NCBI GenBank assembly: GCA_001643675.2
Contig: LSRY02000028.1
Coordinates: 806,001-870,000 of the forward strand
DNA: 64,000 nt
Direction of reading: 5' to 3'
Source: Monocercomonoides exilis PA203
Taxonomy: Eukaryota; Protista; Preaxostyla
Each line of letters begins with the position of its first letter. Within the stretch, counting starts at the first letter, position 1. A program made the position numbers and the translations under genes. Positions 11,498 through 23,003 of the stretch are shown piece after piece. The notes beneath the pieces were generated by a model. That model was not told the origin of the DNA. It searched no databases and saw nothing but the letters and a program-made list of their open reading frames with translations.

Positions 11498-14400
11498 ATG
11501 ATTGAAGAAACATTACCTTGTATGATATATATTAATATATTTGAAAGAAATCATTAAGAAATAATTACATTATGCTTATAAAACATCTAAAGATACAAAA
11601 ATACTCAATGAAAGGTCCAAAAAGCTTTTGCAACAGCCTTCTCTGATTCGTGAGTTTGCACGAAAGGCTTCTGAACTGTCAAAGAATGAAAATAAAATAG
11701 TTCTTGATTTTACTATTGGAAATCCTGATTATTCTCCTCCGATAGAGTTTTCACAATCTCTTGCAAAATTATGTGATAATGTATGTTAACTGTTTTTTTC
11801 TGTTATTGTTTGTGACTAAATCGTTTAAGCCCCCTTCAGATCTTCATTGTTATCAATCCAGTTTGGGAAGAGATGATACACGAACAGTTTTTGCTCAAGA
11901 ATTTTCAAAATGGCACGGCATCAAATTGAAGAAAGATGTATCAAATTTAAATCTTTCAATTTTAAAAAGCATACATTCTTTGCGTTATAGAATGTGATTC
12001 TTTCGTGTGGAGCAACTGCCGGTCTTAATGTTTTGTTTCATTGCATGCTCTCGGAAGGAAGCGAAGTGATTATAGTTGCACCTTTTTTTCCTGAATATCT
12101 GAATATAATTGAGGAACGACGCGCAAAAGCAGTGATTGTTGCAGTAGATGCAAGTAATAATTTGAATGTTCCTGCAATCGAAGCAGCAATTACAAATAAG
12201 ACTGTTGCAATAATTCTGACTCAGCCTCATAATCCTACAGGAAGGGTCTATCAAAAATCAAATCTGAAAGATTTAAGCAATGTTTGAGTAACAAATGCAT
12301 TAAATCTTTCTTTCATAAAGATAAATATTATATGTTGTATATATATATATTAAAATTTCTGTTCATTGACAGATGTTGATGCGAGTCTATGCATCGCGGA
12401 GGGCAAAGGCGAAAGATTTCGCAGAGAAGAATGAAGCGAAAGATTTGAGAACTGATAATCATTCAGGTTCTACTTCGGCTGAATCTCCTAATTCACAGTC
12501 ACCCCGCCCGATATTTGTGGTGTGTGACGAGCCGTATCGCAGGCTTAATCACACTCCATCGAAAGTTGTTCCGTCTTTGCTCCCAATTTATCCACACACC
12601 ATCATCGTCTCATCTTTTAGCAAGGTATCACACATTGTTTTTATTAACAGAAGTTATTGTATTCTTTATGTTCTATTTCAATGAAATAAATATTTTTTTT
12701 ATAATGAAAACTGAATTTTCTTTTATGGAATAACCTCTCATATATTTATATATATTAATCTTTTTGCATGTTCAGGATTTTGCCATTCCAGGCGAAAGGA
12801 TCGGCTTTATCATCCTTCATCCTTGTCTCACTTCTCCTGTTGTGCTCACAGCATTGGAAGTGTGCAGCAAATACATTGAATTCAATGAAATTCATATTTT
12901 TCCTTTTGAATCTCACATTTTTTGTGATTATTATTATTATTATTATTTGATGTTTGATGTTGTTATTGTGATTGCTTTTTCTCTTTTCAACCACGCAAAG
13001 AAAGCGATAAACGACTTGGGCTTTGTGAATGCCCCGTCGCTGATGCAGTTTGTGCTGCGGGATGCGCTTCCATTGTGCACAACGAGGGAAGACGGAGCTG
13101 AAGGAGAAGCGAGAAAAGAGAAGAGAAGAGGAGATATAGTGAAAGCGTCTCAGAAAGAAGAGATATTTGAAATGAGAGGGAAGGCAAAGGAAGAAGAAGA
13201 AGACAAGGGAAAAGAAGGGAAAGAAGAGGAAAGTGGAGAAAAAGATATGAAAGAGAAAGTGCCAAAAGAAGAAAATGATTCTGATGATGAAAGTGCTGAA
13301 GAAGATGAAGAAGGTATTTGTGTTGTGCTTGTGATGAAGTTATGAAAGAAAATACAACAAAAAAGAAGAGAGAGAGAGAGAGAGAGAGAGAATAAGTTAA
13401 CGTATATGTATTTATGTATTTTGATGATTGTTATTAACGAAAATGTTTAGTGTTTCATCTTATTTCATAAATTTTTTAATTTTAACTGCAACAATTTTTC
13501 CTTCCATTCAACTAATATTTCCCATTCACATTTCATTTGCTCCACTTTTACTTCAGAAATACACTACTTGAGACACATCCCTCCCGCCCCAACGCCGTCG
13601 CCTTTGCTGATGCCCTTCCCTTCTCCAAGCCTATTTTCTCCTTCGCCTTCCCTTTACTCCCGCTCTCCTGACTTCATTGCCTCGCCTTCAATTATGTTCA
13701 CCCCTTCGCATTCTCCCTCTCTGTCGTTTCATCCTCTTCATTTTGCATTGTCTTCTCAATCGCCTTCTTCTTCACCTTCTTCTTCTTCTTCTAATGCCAT
13801 TTCCACCTCCACTTTTCTTGATAGTTTTTCTTCCTCTTTACAAGAACCGCCTGCAACAGCTTCTCTTTCGTCTTCTTCTTCGTCTTCGTCTTCATCGGAT
13901 CAATCGTCGACTGTTCATTTTGTTTCTGCTCATTCGCCTGCTTCTTCGTTTTCCTTCTCCTCTCCTTTGTCTTCTCCTCCCATGGCCCCCTCGTTAAAGC
14001 AACCTGTTTTCCACCCATCTTCTCCCTCTTCTGCTTCTGTGTTTTCCTCTTCTTCTGCTACTTCCTCAGCTTATTCTCCTTCTCTCTCTCCTTCCGTGCC
14101 TTCTGTGGCCTCTCCTTTCTCCCCTGCCTATTATCCTCAGCCGCCTGTGCTTCCTTCTTCATTGGCTCTGCTTTGCCTGTCTTTGAACCGCCGGAAGCAG
14201 CTTTTGCTGAAAGTGATAAGGAAAGCGGGGTTGGAGTGCTGTGAAGCTGAGGCTGCTCTTTTCTTGTTCCCGAAAGTGCCAGATGAAGTAGATGATGTTG
14301 AGGTTTGTATATAAATATGTCTATAAATATGTATATATGATCAGATAAGAGAAAAGAATATTTTGATTGGAATACAAACATTCTGTGCTTCATTTGTTTT

Positions 14401-14744
14401 TTGATTGTGATTTGAAAAGGAATGTTAATGTCAAAGATGAATAATTCAGCTGCATGTTTTTTTTTTTTTTAATTTTTCTTGTGGAAACATTTTGACACAT
14501 ATTTCGATTTAAAAATTGTTGATGATTTTTGATAAATATTATTGCATTTAAGTTTGCAAATCTTCTTCTTCAGCGCTATAGTGTTGCAGTTGTCCCGGGC
14601 TCTGCATTTGGCGTGCCGAATCATGTCCGATTTTCATTTTGCTGTTCTCTTTCAACAATCAGATCGCTCCTTCTGCCCCTTACAGAAGCAGTGAGGGAGG
14701 TCAAAGAAAATGCAAAAAGAGAGAATGTTGTGCTGTCAGCATGA
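11498..14744 (+). CDS. PLP-dependent class I/II (aspartate-type) aminotransferase, multi-exon, with a large low-complexity insertion
   Basis: Spliced motifs SLIREF, DFTIGNPD, SCGATAGLN, APFFPEY, QPHNPTG, CDEPY, SFSK|DFAIPGERIG (PLP lysine), GFVNAP, ALFLFPK and VVPGSAFGVPNHVRFSFC. First exon MIEETLP is at 11498-11519. Confidence 0.9.
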
Positions 14745-15759
14745 ACTGTGTGTGAAGGAGAACAGACACTGTTTATGTTTGAAATGAGTGGATGGGTTAC
14801 AAATCAAATTGTGTAATTGCAATATGTAGTTCGTTTCTAGGAATTATTTTATTTTATTTTATTTTATTTTATTTGTCGATGTTTTTAGTTTTTGTTTGAT
14901 GTTTTCATAAATTTTTTGACTTTTTTTTTTGTGTTGAAAGGTTGTGAGCAACACAATGAAATGGTTTTTGATTAAAGCAGTATTAATATAAAAGCTATTT
15001 TATTCTTTTATGATTTATTATTGTGTTGGAGCACGAATTTTTTTTTTCTATAAGTCCATTTTTTTTTTTAAAGTTAGATGCTATTTTGAGCTTAGTAAGT
15101 TTTTTCATGTGATATTATTTTCATTGAAGTGCACAGTTGTTTCGATTTTATACTCAATTCTCACCAACAATTTTAACATCAACAATTAATCTTCAAAGGA
15201 AAATGCAAAAATCAACATTAAATGTTTATTTTTTTTCCAATAAGAAAAAAAATAAAGTTTTATTCTTTTTACAAATTTTAAAACACTTCAAGCTTATTCA
15301 CATGAGAATTTTGCATCGTGATCAACACGATGAATGCAAATTTGGTGGTGTTTGTAGATCATTCATTTATTCAAACTGGCCTGTTTTTTTCAAATAAAGA
15401 GAATTTTCTTTAAACAAAATAATTGAAATTCAAATGTCGTTCGTTAATTATTTGTTATTCTGAAATTCATCGGAAAAAAATATTAGAAGAAAATAATACT
15501 TATTTTTCAAATAATTTCTCGTGTATATTGTGTTTTTTTTTAAGTTCAAAAAGCATTTTAAATAAAAATATTTGTTTTTTTCATTTCTTTAATGTAATTG
15601 CTATAACATACACAAAATGCAGTCAATTGCTCGAAATAAGATCAAAACTTGTCGATTCAACGTATGCTAATCCAATATTTAATTGATTTCGCTATTCAAA
15701 TCACATGTGATTCTATTATTTTTTGGATAAGCATATAAAAGAGAAATTGAAACACTTTT

Positions 15760-17230
15760 TCAATTGTTTAAATTTAAAACAAACAACTCCAAAAATTCGT
15801 TTAACGCACAGCAGCATCTTATAAACTTTCATTTCCATTTTACTTTCTTTTTCGTTTCATCCATCCAAATCCACCTCAATCTCCATCTCTCAAGCACCAA
15901 TTTCTCCAATATCTCCTTTCACCAATCTCCTCTGTCTCTTTCATTCCTTCTCTCACACATTCAATCTATTCACCTCAACTACCTCTTCCTCTTCTTCCTC
16001 TTCCACCAGCACTAATACAATCCTTTCCTTCTCTCTTCGCTCAACAATCTTCATCCACACCCACAACCCCATTGATGGTGCCATAATCCCTTTTCTCAAT
16101 AGCCCATCCACTTCACTCTCCGCCTTCAACAGTTCTTTTCTCCACCAAACACACTCTATATCAAATGGTCCTGTTGTGCATGTTGGATCTGAATCTCAAA
16201 GAAAAACTCCTGGAAGGCTGTCTTCGATTGATGTTAATAATCATCGCTTCGAATGGTGCGAATGGAATGATTCGTCTGGTGGCTCTTCATCTGGTGGTGC
16301 ACTTAATGCTTATAGTGCAAATGCCAATCTCTCAATCGCTTCTTGTTCATTCAACAATTGTTCACATACAAATCATGGTGGAGCGTTATATTGTGGACAT
16401 GTGTAAAATATCAACATCGCAAAATACAATTTCACGAGCTGCTCAGCTGCTCATAGAGGAGCAGTATCAATATGGAACCCTCAACCAAATTCTGCTTGGG
16501 AATTCTCAGATAACAGAGCGGAAAGCTGTTCAATAAAAAATTGGCGTGGAACTGGTTGGTATTTTAACATGGGAAGTACACCAACAAGTGCTCAATTCCT
16601 GTTTTCCAAATGCAAGTGCACTCAAATACAGGTGGTGATTCTGCTGTTTCTCTCACATTCAATTGGCTTTAACAAAATAAACCAAATCAATTTTTGGTTA
16701 ATGATTGCCAATTCATAAACAACAAATTGACAAGTTCATCAGCTTTCAATGGTGGCGCTGCGCTGTGTTGCACAGCAACTTATTCCTGGATGACTGGAAT
16801 AAAATTCATTGCTTTCTGTTTCTTTGATGGTAACGTAACAACAAATGGAAGAGGAAATGATGAGTTCTTTAATGGAAGCAGCATCATTTAATCTCCATTC
16901 GAGAATTGTGGATCAACAACCCCAACAAAAAGAGTGCGGAAAAATGGACAAGCTGATAATGCTGAATATAATGGCTGGTTCCCTCTCATCGCCCAGAACA
17001 AAATCGTTGACAGCAATGGAACCAATACAGATGGTTGTGGCAGACTCCAACAGACCCCATGCGCCACCATCGAGTATGCCCTCAATGGCTTCATTTCCCT
17101 CCTCCACGACGCCTCCATCACCCTACTCAGCTCAACATTTGTTCCTCTTCAAACACTCACCTTCAGCGCGGTTGACAGCAAAATCACTGGAATCAATAAC
17201 CTTTTTCTTATTTCTTTATAATTCCTTCCA
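15760..17230 (+). pseudogene. Decayed parallel beta-helix (pectin-lyase/Pmp-like) surface-protein gene
   Basis: Fragments in shifting frames contain GGAL/FxxN-type repeats (GGALNAY, FNNCSHTNHGGALYC, FINN..GGAALCC, FFDGN) and CG...PCATIEYA, with several stops and frameshifts. Confidence 0.6.
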
Positions 17231-18399
17231 TTTATTAATTTTGTAATTTTCCATGTCATAGAAAAATCTTTACGCCTTCGTCTTTTTTTCAATTGGAGTA
17301 TATTCCACAATTTATTTTTTCAAAATCCTTAACGTCCGCTCAGATAAAAATATTTCTTTTCCGCTTTCTTATCTAATTTTGCTTCTTCAATGAATGTAAA
17401 TTGTTCTCAAGAATTTTGTTGTTACCTTTTCTTCTTCTTCTTCTTCTTCTTCTTTTAAAAGCATTTCTTCAATTATATCTGCAGGCTTTTCCAAAATATC
17501 TATTTCCTCAGCTTTCCTATTCAATCTGTCTATCTTCCATTCGTTCCATTTTTTTTTATATAGAATTGCCCTTCAAATGTGGATTTTCCATAAAAAGGTT
17601 TCCCCGCTTGTTTCATCTTCTGTGACTTGTTGAAGGCATTCAGTGTTGTGTAATCTGCCGAACGCTATTTTGGAATCCATCCATTTCACAAAAGGATAGC
17701 ACCAATGCTCTTTCCTTTTCACTTCAAATGTTTCATCTTCAAAATGAAAAAGATCAGAGCCGATCTCTATTTTTGCATGCCTTCTAATAGGCTTTTCTTG
17801 GCTTAACATAATACTGTTATCTTTATCATATAACTTTGGCTGATACTTTGTGATGGAATAAATACTTCTTTTTGTATTTCAAAATTGATATTGAAGGAGA
17901 AACCTACTGTCGGATCTGATGGTTGTTGAATGAAATGAAAATATCAATGTTTTCATTCATTCATCGAAGAAGATATCGAAGAATAAAAACACGATTTGAA
18001 TGAAATAAATTCGTCCAGAGGATTTTTTTTTCATCAAAAAAAATCATGAATGAAAAGAATACTTATTCAACAATTTACTGTTTGCAGAAAAGAAAGTTAA
18101 TGAAATGATTTTCAGTTTAATTTGTCTGTGTGCCAAATTGAACAGCATTGACCCATCATAAGATCTATCTTTCGATCCAATGCAAATTGAGATAAATCTT
18201 CAAAGAAACGTTCGGCAAAGGAAATGAACATATTCCCAAATAGAAAAATCCATTAAAAATTAAATCATTCTACTGCTAAAGAAGTTGACATGGTTTTATA
18301 TGATGTTGTCGGTTGGAAAAAATATCGCTTTGAAAAACGAAATTCAAATTGACAAGAAAAATCAAATCCAAAAATTAATGGAAGATCGATTAATATTAA

Positions 18400-19480
18400 T
18401 CAATTAAAAATTTCCCCACATATCACCATATATTTTCCCCTCAGAAATAAACAACAAAAATATCTATCAACTCCTTTCCTTTCAATTTCACTGTTCAATT
18501 TAATCCGCGAATTTCTGGAAATAAACAATCTCATCCTTTTCTTCTGTCCAATTCTCTTCTAATGAATCTTTTTCTCTTCTTTTTCCCTGTCAAAAAAAAA
18601 TCCCTTTTCCACATCCAAGTGCATTTATCGTTTTTTCTGATCTTGGTGATTTAGATGTTTCCATCATTAAAATGCATAACATATATTAGATGTTTCCCTT
18701 ATGTATCCACTATCTCCGCGTATCCCAATTCCCTTCCACACTTCACCATCGCATGTCTCCTTATTTCTTTCATTCAAAAATCCCACTCAATCCAAAGTGC
18801 TCTTCAAAATACTTAACTCAAATATCCTATCACAAATAAGATTCTTCCATCATTTCTCTGCTCCATATATCCTTTATGCCTGTAGTTGACGAGATAAACA
18901 CGAAATACTGCTTTGGTTGTTGGAGAATATTATTAAAGGAGCAGATCATTGCCGAAACGAAAAACTCCTCTTCACATTTACCAAACTGCAGATGAGTTGA
19001 AAAGACCCTCCTGTGAGATACACGATGTATTTCGTGGAGAAGGATGCAATATTACAATTTGACCATTCTGAGACTGAAATGAAGAGATTGAATATTTGAA
19101 TGATGATGGCTGTGGAGATAAGGCTGTTTGGCAAAAAACCGTCGAAGGGCAGTTTGGTCTTTATTTATTTTTCTTTATATGAATATTTGTTTATTGACTG
19201 TTTTTGTGTTTCTTTCATGGCAGGAGGCGGAAATGAATGAAAATGAATACAAGCGGGATATCTGGTTATCTGGGCTGACAATGGAGTTGAAAGAGCGAAT
19301 TCATATGGAAAGTGTGCATGATGAAGGAATTTGGAAGGAAATTGAAGATGATATTTTCTGACATAAAACAGGATATTTTTCAATGATGAGAATGGAATTT
19401 GAGCAGAAAACGTAAATATTGCATTTTTCAAAAGAGCAAGAAATCGACTTATTTGATGGGGAAATGACTTCTGGAAAGGA
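18400..19480. mobile_element. Probable ISAzo13-like (Rhodopirellula-type DDE) transposase relic
   Basis: Plus strand 18891-19430 gives, in order and across frameshifts, INTK/TALVVGEY..RSLPKRKTP, FIDCF/SWQE, AGYLVIWADNG, IWKVCMMKEF and EWN..KRKYCIF. Minus strand about 18800-18600 gives FLNE/RRHAMVKCGRELGY. Both resemble ISAzo13 motifs as I recall them. Confidence 0.4.
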
Positions 19481-20129
19481 TGGTTGGTGAATCAAATGAT
19501 GAAACACTTAGAAAGGGAAGGAATAATGAATTTTTGTTGAAGAAAAGCAAATATTGAATTAGGAATAAAACGCCGACGCTGACTTGAACAGCTGTTTTGA
19601 AATTTTGCTGTTATTTTTTGTGTATATTCGAATTGCTATTTATTCATTCAGGATGTTGAAAGGAAAAAGAGAGAAAGAAAGAGAGATTTGATTTTTTTGT
19701 AGAAGAAGAAATGTGTTTGGGGTGAGGCTAGGAAGAAAAGGAATAGATCGAGAAAGGAAAAGGAAGACGAGGGAAAAGGTTAAAAACATGCAAAGATTGA
19801 TAAAGCAAAATATTCATTGAAAGGGAAGCTTTTTGTTGAAATGAAGAAAATGAAAATTCGTTTTGAAAGAAATGAATGTAAAGAGGAAGAGATGGAAGGA
19901 AAAAAGGGAAAAAGAGAACGAGGAATATTTCAATTCGTTTCCAATAAAAAGCGTGTGAAAGGGAGATGACTGAGATTGGTGAATAAATAACTCAGAAGAT
20001 GCAGTTTGTGAGGAAAAGGCACTGAAATGGTTGATGAAAACAAGAAAAGTTGGTTTTCACTGATATTTCATGAATTAATTTGTTATTATTTCTTTCCTCA
20101 ATCTATCCATATGAATTGTCTCAATCAAT

Positions 20130-20600
20130 TCACTTCAATGTCTTATTTATTTATAGGACTTTTTCTTCTTATTTTGTTTAAGAAAAGCGACTTCATAGAC
20201 TTCTTCTTCTGTTTAGTCAAATTTGTTATCAATTATAATGAATAACCTCATCATCTTCATAATCAATATAATTTTCTCCTTCAATTGCTTCATCCTCTTC
20301 TTCTTCTTCTTCTGATTTCACCTCATTTGATTCTTCTGAAAGCTCTTCATCTTCGTATTCCTTATCTTCACTGTTGTCTTCTTCTTCATCTTCTTCGTCT
20401 TCATCAGCGTATTTTTCTTCTTCTTCTTCTTCTTTCAATACAAACGCTGTATTTATTAGGGCTTCTGCAAAGTGAAGAATTCAATCGACTTTTACTGGAC
20501 AACAATGAATTGTCAATCTTCACTTCATTTGTAATCTCTTTCACCATGTTGGGAATCATTTTCACCTTCTTTTGATGCATGTGAAAAACAAACTATCTTC
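20130..20600 (-). pseudogene. Acidic (D/E-rich) gene fragment
   Basis: ORF 20229..20438 is D/E-rich; flanking coding-like sequence is out of frame and no coherent gene model was found. Confidence 0.3.
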
Positions 20601-21269
20601 AAAACAAAATGACAATGTTCCTTTCATGATATATTCAATAAACCAATTACTTACATCATGTTTAGAGAAAAAATGAGATTGAATTTCAAAAACTGACATT
20701 ATCAAAAATGGAATGAATTCGATAAAAATTTCAATAAGGATCAAAGCTCAAAGTTCAGAAGAAGTTAAATGATTTATTCAACTGAAAATTGAAAAATCTT
20801 AATTTTAGGAAATGTACAAACTGTTATTATTTTTATAATTCTTATTCAAGTTCATATTTGAAATTATTTGGCTTTTGGAAAATATTCTCATTTTTATAAG
20901 ATTAAAGTTCCAACTCGCAAAACTAACTTAAGATAGAAGCAAAACTTGAACGATAGTGTTTGAATTTATAATTTCTCTTTTTGCGAATTTTTGTGAGAAA
21001 GAATAAAAAAATATTTGAGAATTGAGAATTTCAAAATTGATTTAAAACAAACATTTCATGTAAATGAACTTGTTAAATTTTTAGGAGAAAAAGAAAATGA
21101 TGTGTTTTCTTCAAATTTTCATACCAAATGTGGGAAAATTCGAACTATCAAGCATTTTTTGCACAATGCAAAAAATATTTGTCACACTTATAACTTTCAA
21201 TAACATTATCAGATTTCAAAATAAATTGTGTTTTCATTGCCGAAAGCAAACATCATTTAAATAATTTAA

Positions 21270-21935
21270 AAAATTTTTTTGTGATCTCACAAGTATATCA
21301 AAAAATTAATCCATTTTAAATGTGTTTTTTGGATCACAAAAAGTTCATCCAGTGTTCATAATTTTTCAATGAAAATGCCTGAAGGGTAATATTTAGCCCC
21401 GTATCACCAAATTTCACCAGTTTATGTCAAAAAAATTATTTTGAAAATTTCCCTTTGTTTTATTATCAAATAAAGTTAAAATTTCATATTTCGATCAAAT
21501 TTTTGTTACCACTGACAAAATTTCGCTATCATGAAAATAAAATATTGACAATGTTTACATATTGATTTGAAAGTGGTTTTGTGAGAGGGAACAGATATTT
21601 GATCGAAATATGATATTTTAACTTTATTTGATAATAAAACAAAAGAAACTTTTCAAAAAATATTTGACATATGTGTGACTATTATTGAAGTTATGTTTTT
21701 TTATTCAAAATTTTCGGTTTTTCTGTTTTGTTTTTAAAATTTTTTAATGAACACAGAAGAGTGAAAAATCTGATCAAAAACATTTCTGTCTATCTTTCTC
21801 ATCAACCATTAACTTTTGAAGCGATTGAAAAACATTTTTATTTAAAAGATAATTATTAGGTTAATGATATAGAATTTTCAACATAATCAACACCACGAAA
21901 AAAGTTTTGATTTCAAAAATTATCACCGACATAAA
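21270..21935 (+). repeat. Dispersed repeat, copy 1, interrupted by an inverted-repeat element
   Basis: Shares GATCACAAAA..TCATC...CATAATTTTTCAAT.AAAATGCCTGAAG..AATATT and AACACCACGAAAAAA...GATTT.AAAA.T.ATCA with 39610-39897. Confidence 0.7.
21423..21671. mobile_element. MITE-like element with about 85-bp terminal inverted repeats
   Basis: 21424-21507 is a near-perfect reverse complement of 21590-21670 (core TTTGTTTTATTATCAAATAAAGTTAAAAT.TCATATTTCGATCAAAT). TA lies at both outer ends. Confidence 0.7.
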
Positions 21936-22047
21936 AAACTCACCAATGCCATTATTTCCATATTGACAAAATTTGGCAATTTGATATGAAAATTTGATGA
22001 AATGATTCAATTTTTAATTTTTCGCGAAATTTTAACAAATAGAACTC

Positions 22048-22096
22048 AAAAAAAAAAAAAAAAAGTGGGGGGGGGGGGGGGGGGGGGGGGGTGGGG
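22048..22096 (+). repeat. A17 followed by G25 homopolymer
   Basis: A-run 22048-22064, G-run 22067-22091, then TGGGG. Confidence 0.9.
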
Positions 22097-22902
22097 ATAG
22101 TTGACAAACAACACAAACTTTTTATCAAAATCTCAACATTTTTGTGAATTACGAAAAAATATTATTCTCATCACTTTCCAACACTCAGCTAGAGACAAAT
22201 TTGTGGCAATAATTTTTTATAAAAATATATTCAAATTGTCATTTTTTTTATAAATAGATAACCAATTTCGAAAAATAAGTTTATATATTTTGAACAATTG
22301 TGTAATTCTTTTTGAAATGTCGCAAATGTTTAATTCACAAATAAATCAAAATTAATATATTTTAATGAAATTTTTGTCCTCGAACATCAAACTTTTCTGA
22401 TATGAAATATATTTCTGAACAATGCTATTTCATGCATTCAAATGAAGTTGTGTGAGTGGAAACAGAAATTTGAGCAAAAAATGAAAATCTTGATTCAATA
22501 GAAAATAAAACATTTGCGACTTATCAAAAAGAATAACCCAATTAATAGTGAATTTATTGAAATAAAACCTTTACAAATTGAATGATTCATTTAACAAATA
22601 TTATTGTAATGTCGAGAAAAACTTTTGTGTCTCGAATCAAATAATATGAAATAAATGCTTCAATTGTTTATTGGGTATCCAAGTTTCATGTGAAAAAATG
22701 AAAAAAAAACATAATTTCATGTTTCAAAAACACCTGCTATCAGGCACTTATCACAAAAGTTTTATTAATACAAAAAATCTTCTGCGCAAACTATGTTGAA
22801 AATCTTTTTTAAAATAAAAATAAAAATAATAATTATTAATATTTCCCTGTGTGACGTGAAGGAAAAAGTTTGTCATGTCCGTCGACAGCTCTCCACATTT
22901 CG

Positions 22903-22952
<50 letters not shown>
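22903..22952 (+). repeat. Poly(dA) 50-mer just upstream of the USP gene
   Basis: Directly visible; ends 51 bp before the ATG at 23004. Confidence 0.9.
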
Positions 22953-22954
<2 letters not shown>

Positions 22955-23003
22955 GAAATTCCGCTTTCCCATTACAAATTTAAAATATTGACGATTATTT
23001 TAA

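Noticed and set aside
17500-18400. Degenerate coding-like fragments, possibly another transposase
   Set aside because: No motif series convincing enough to name.
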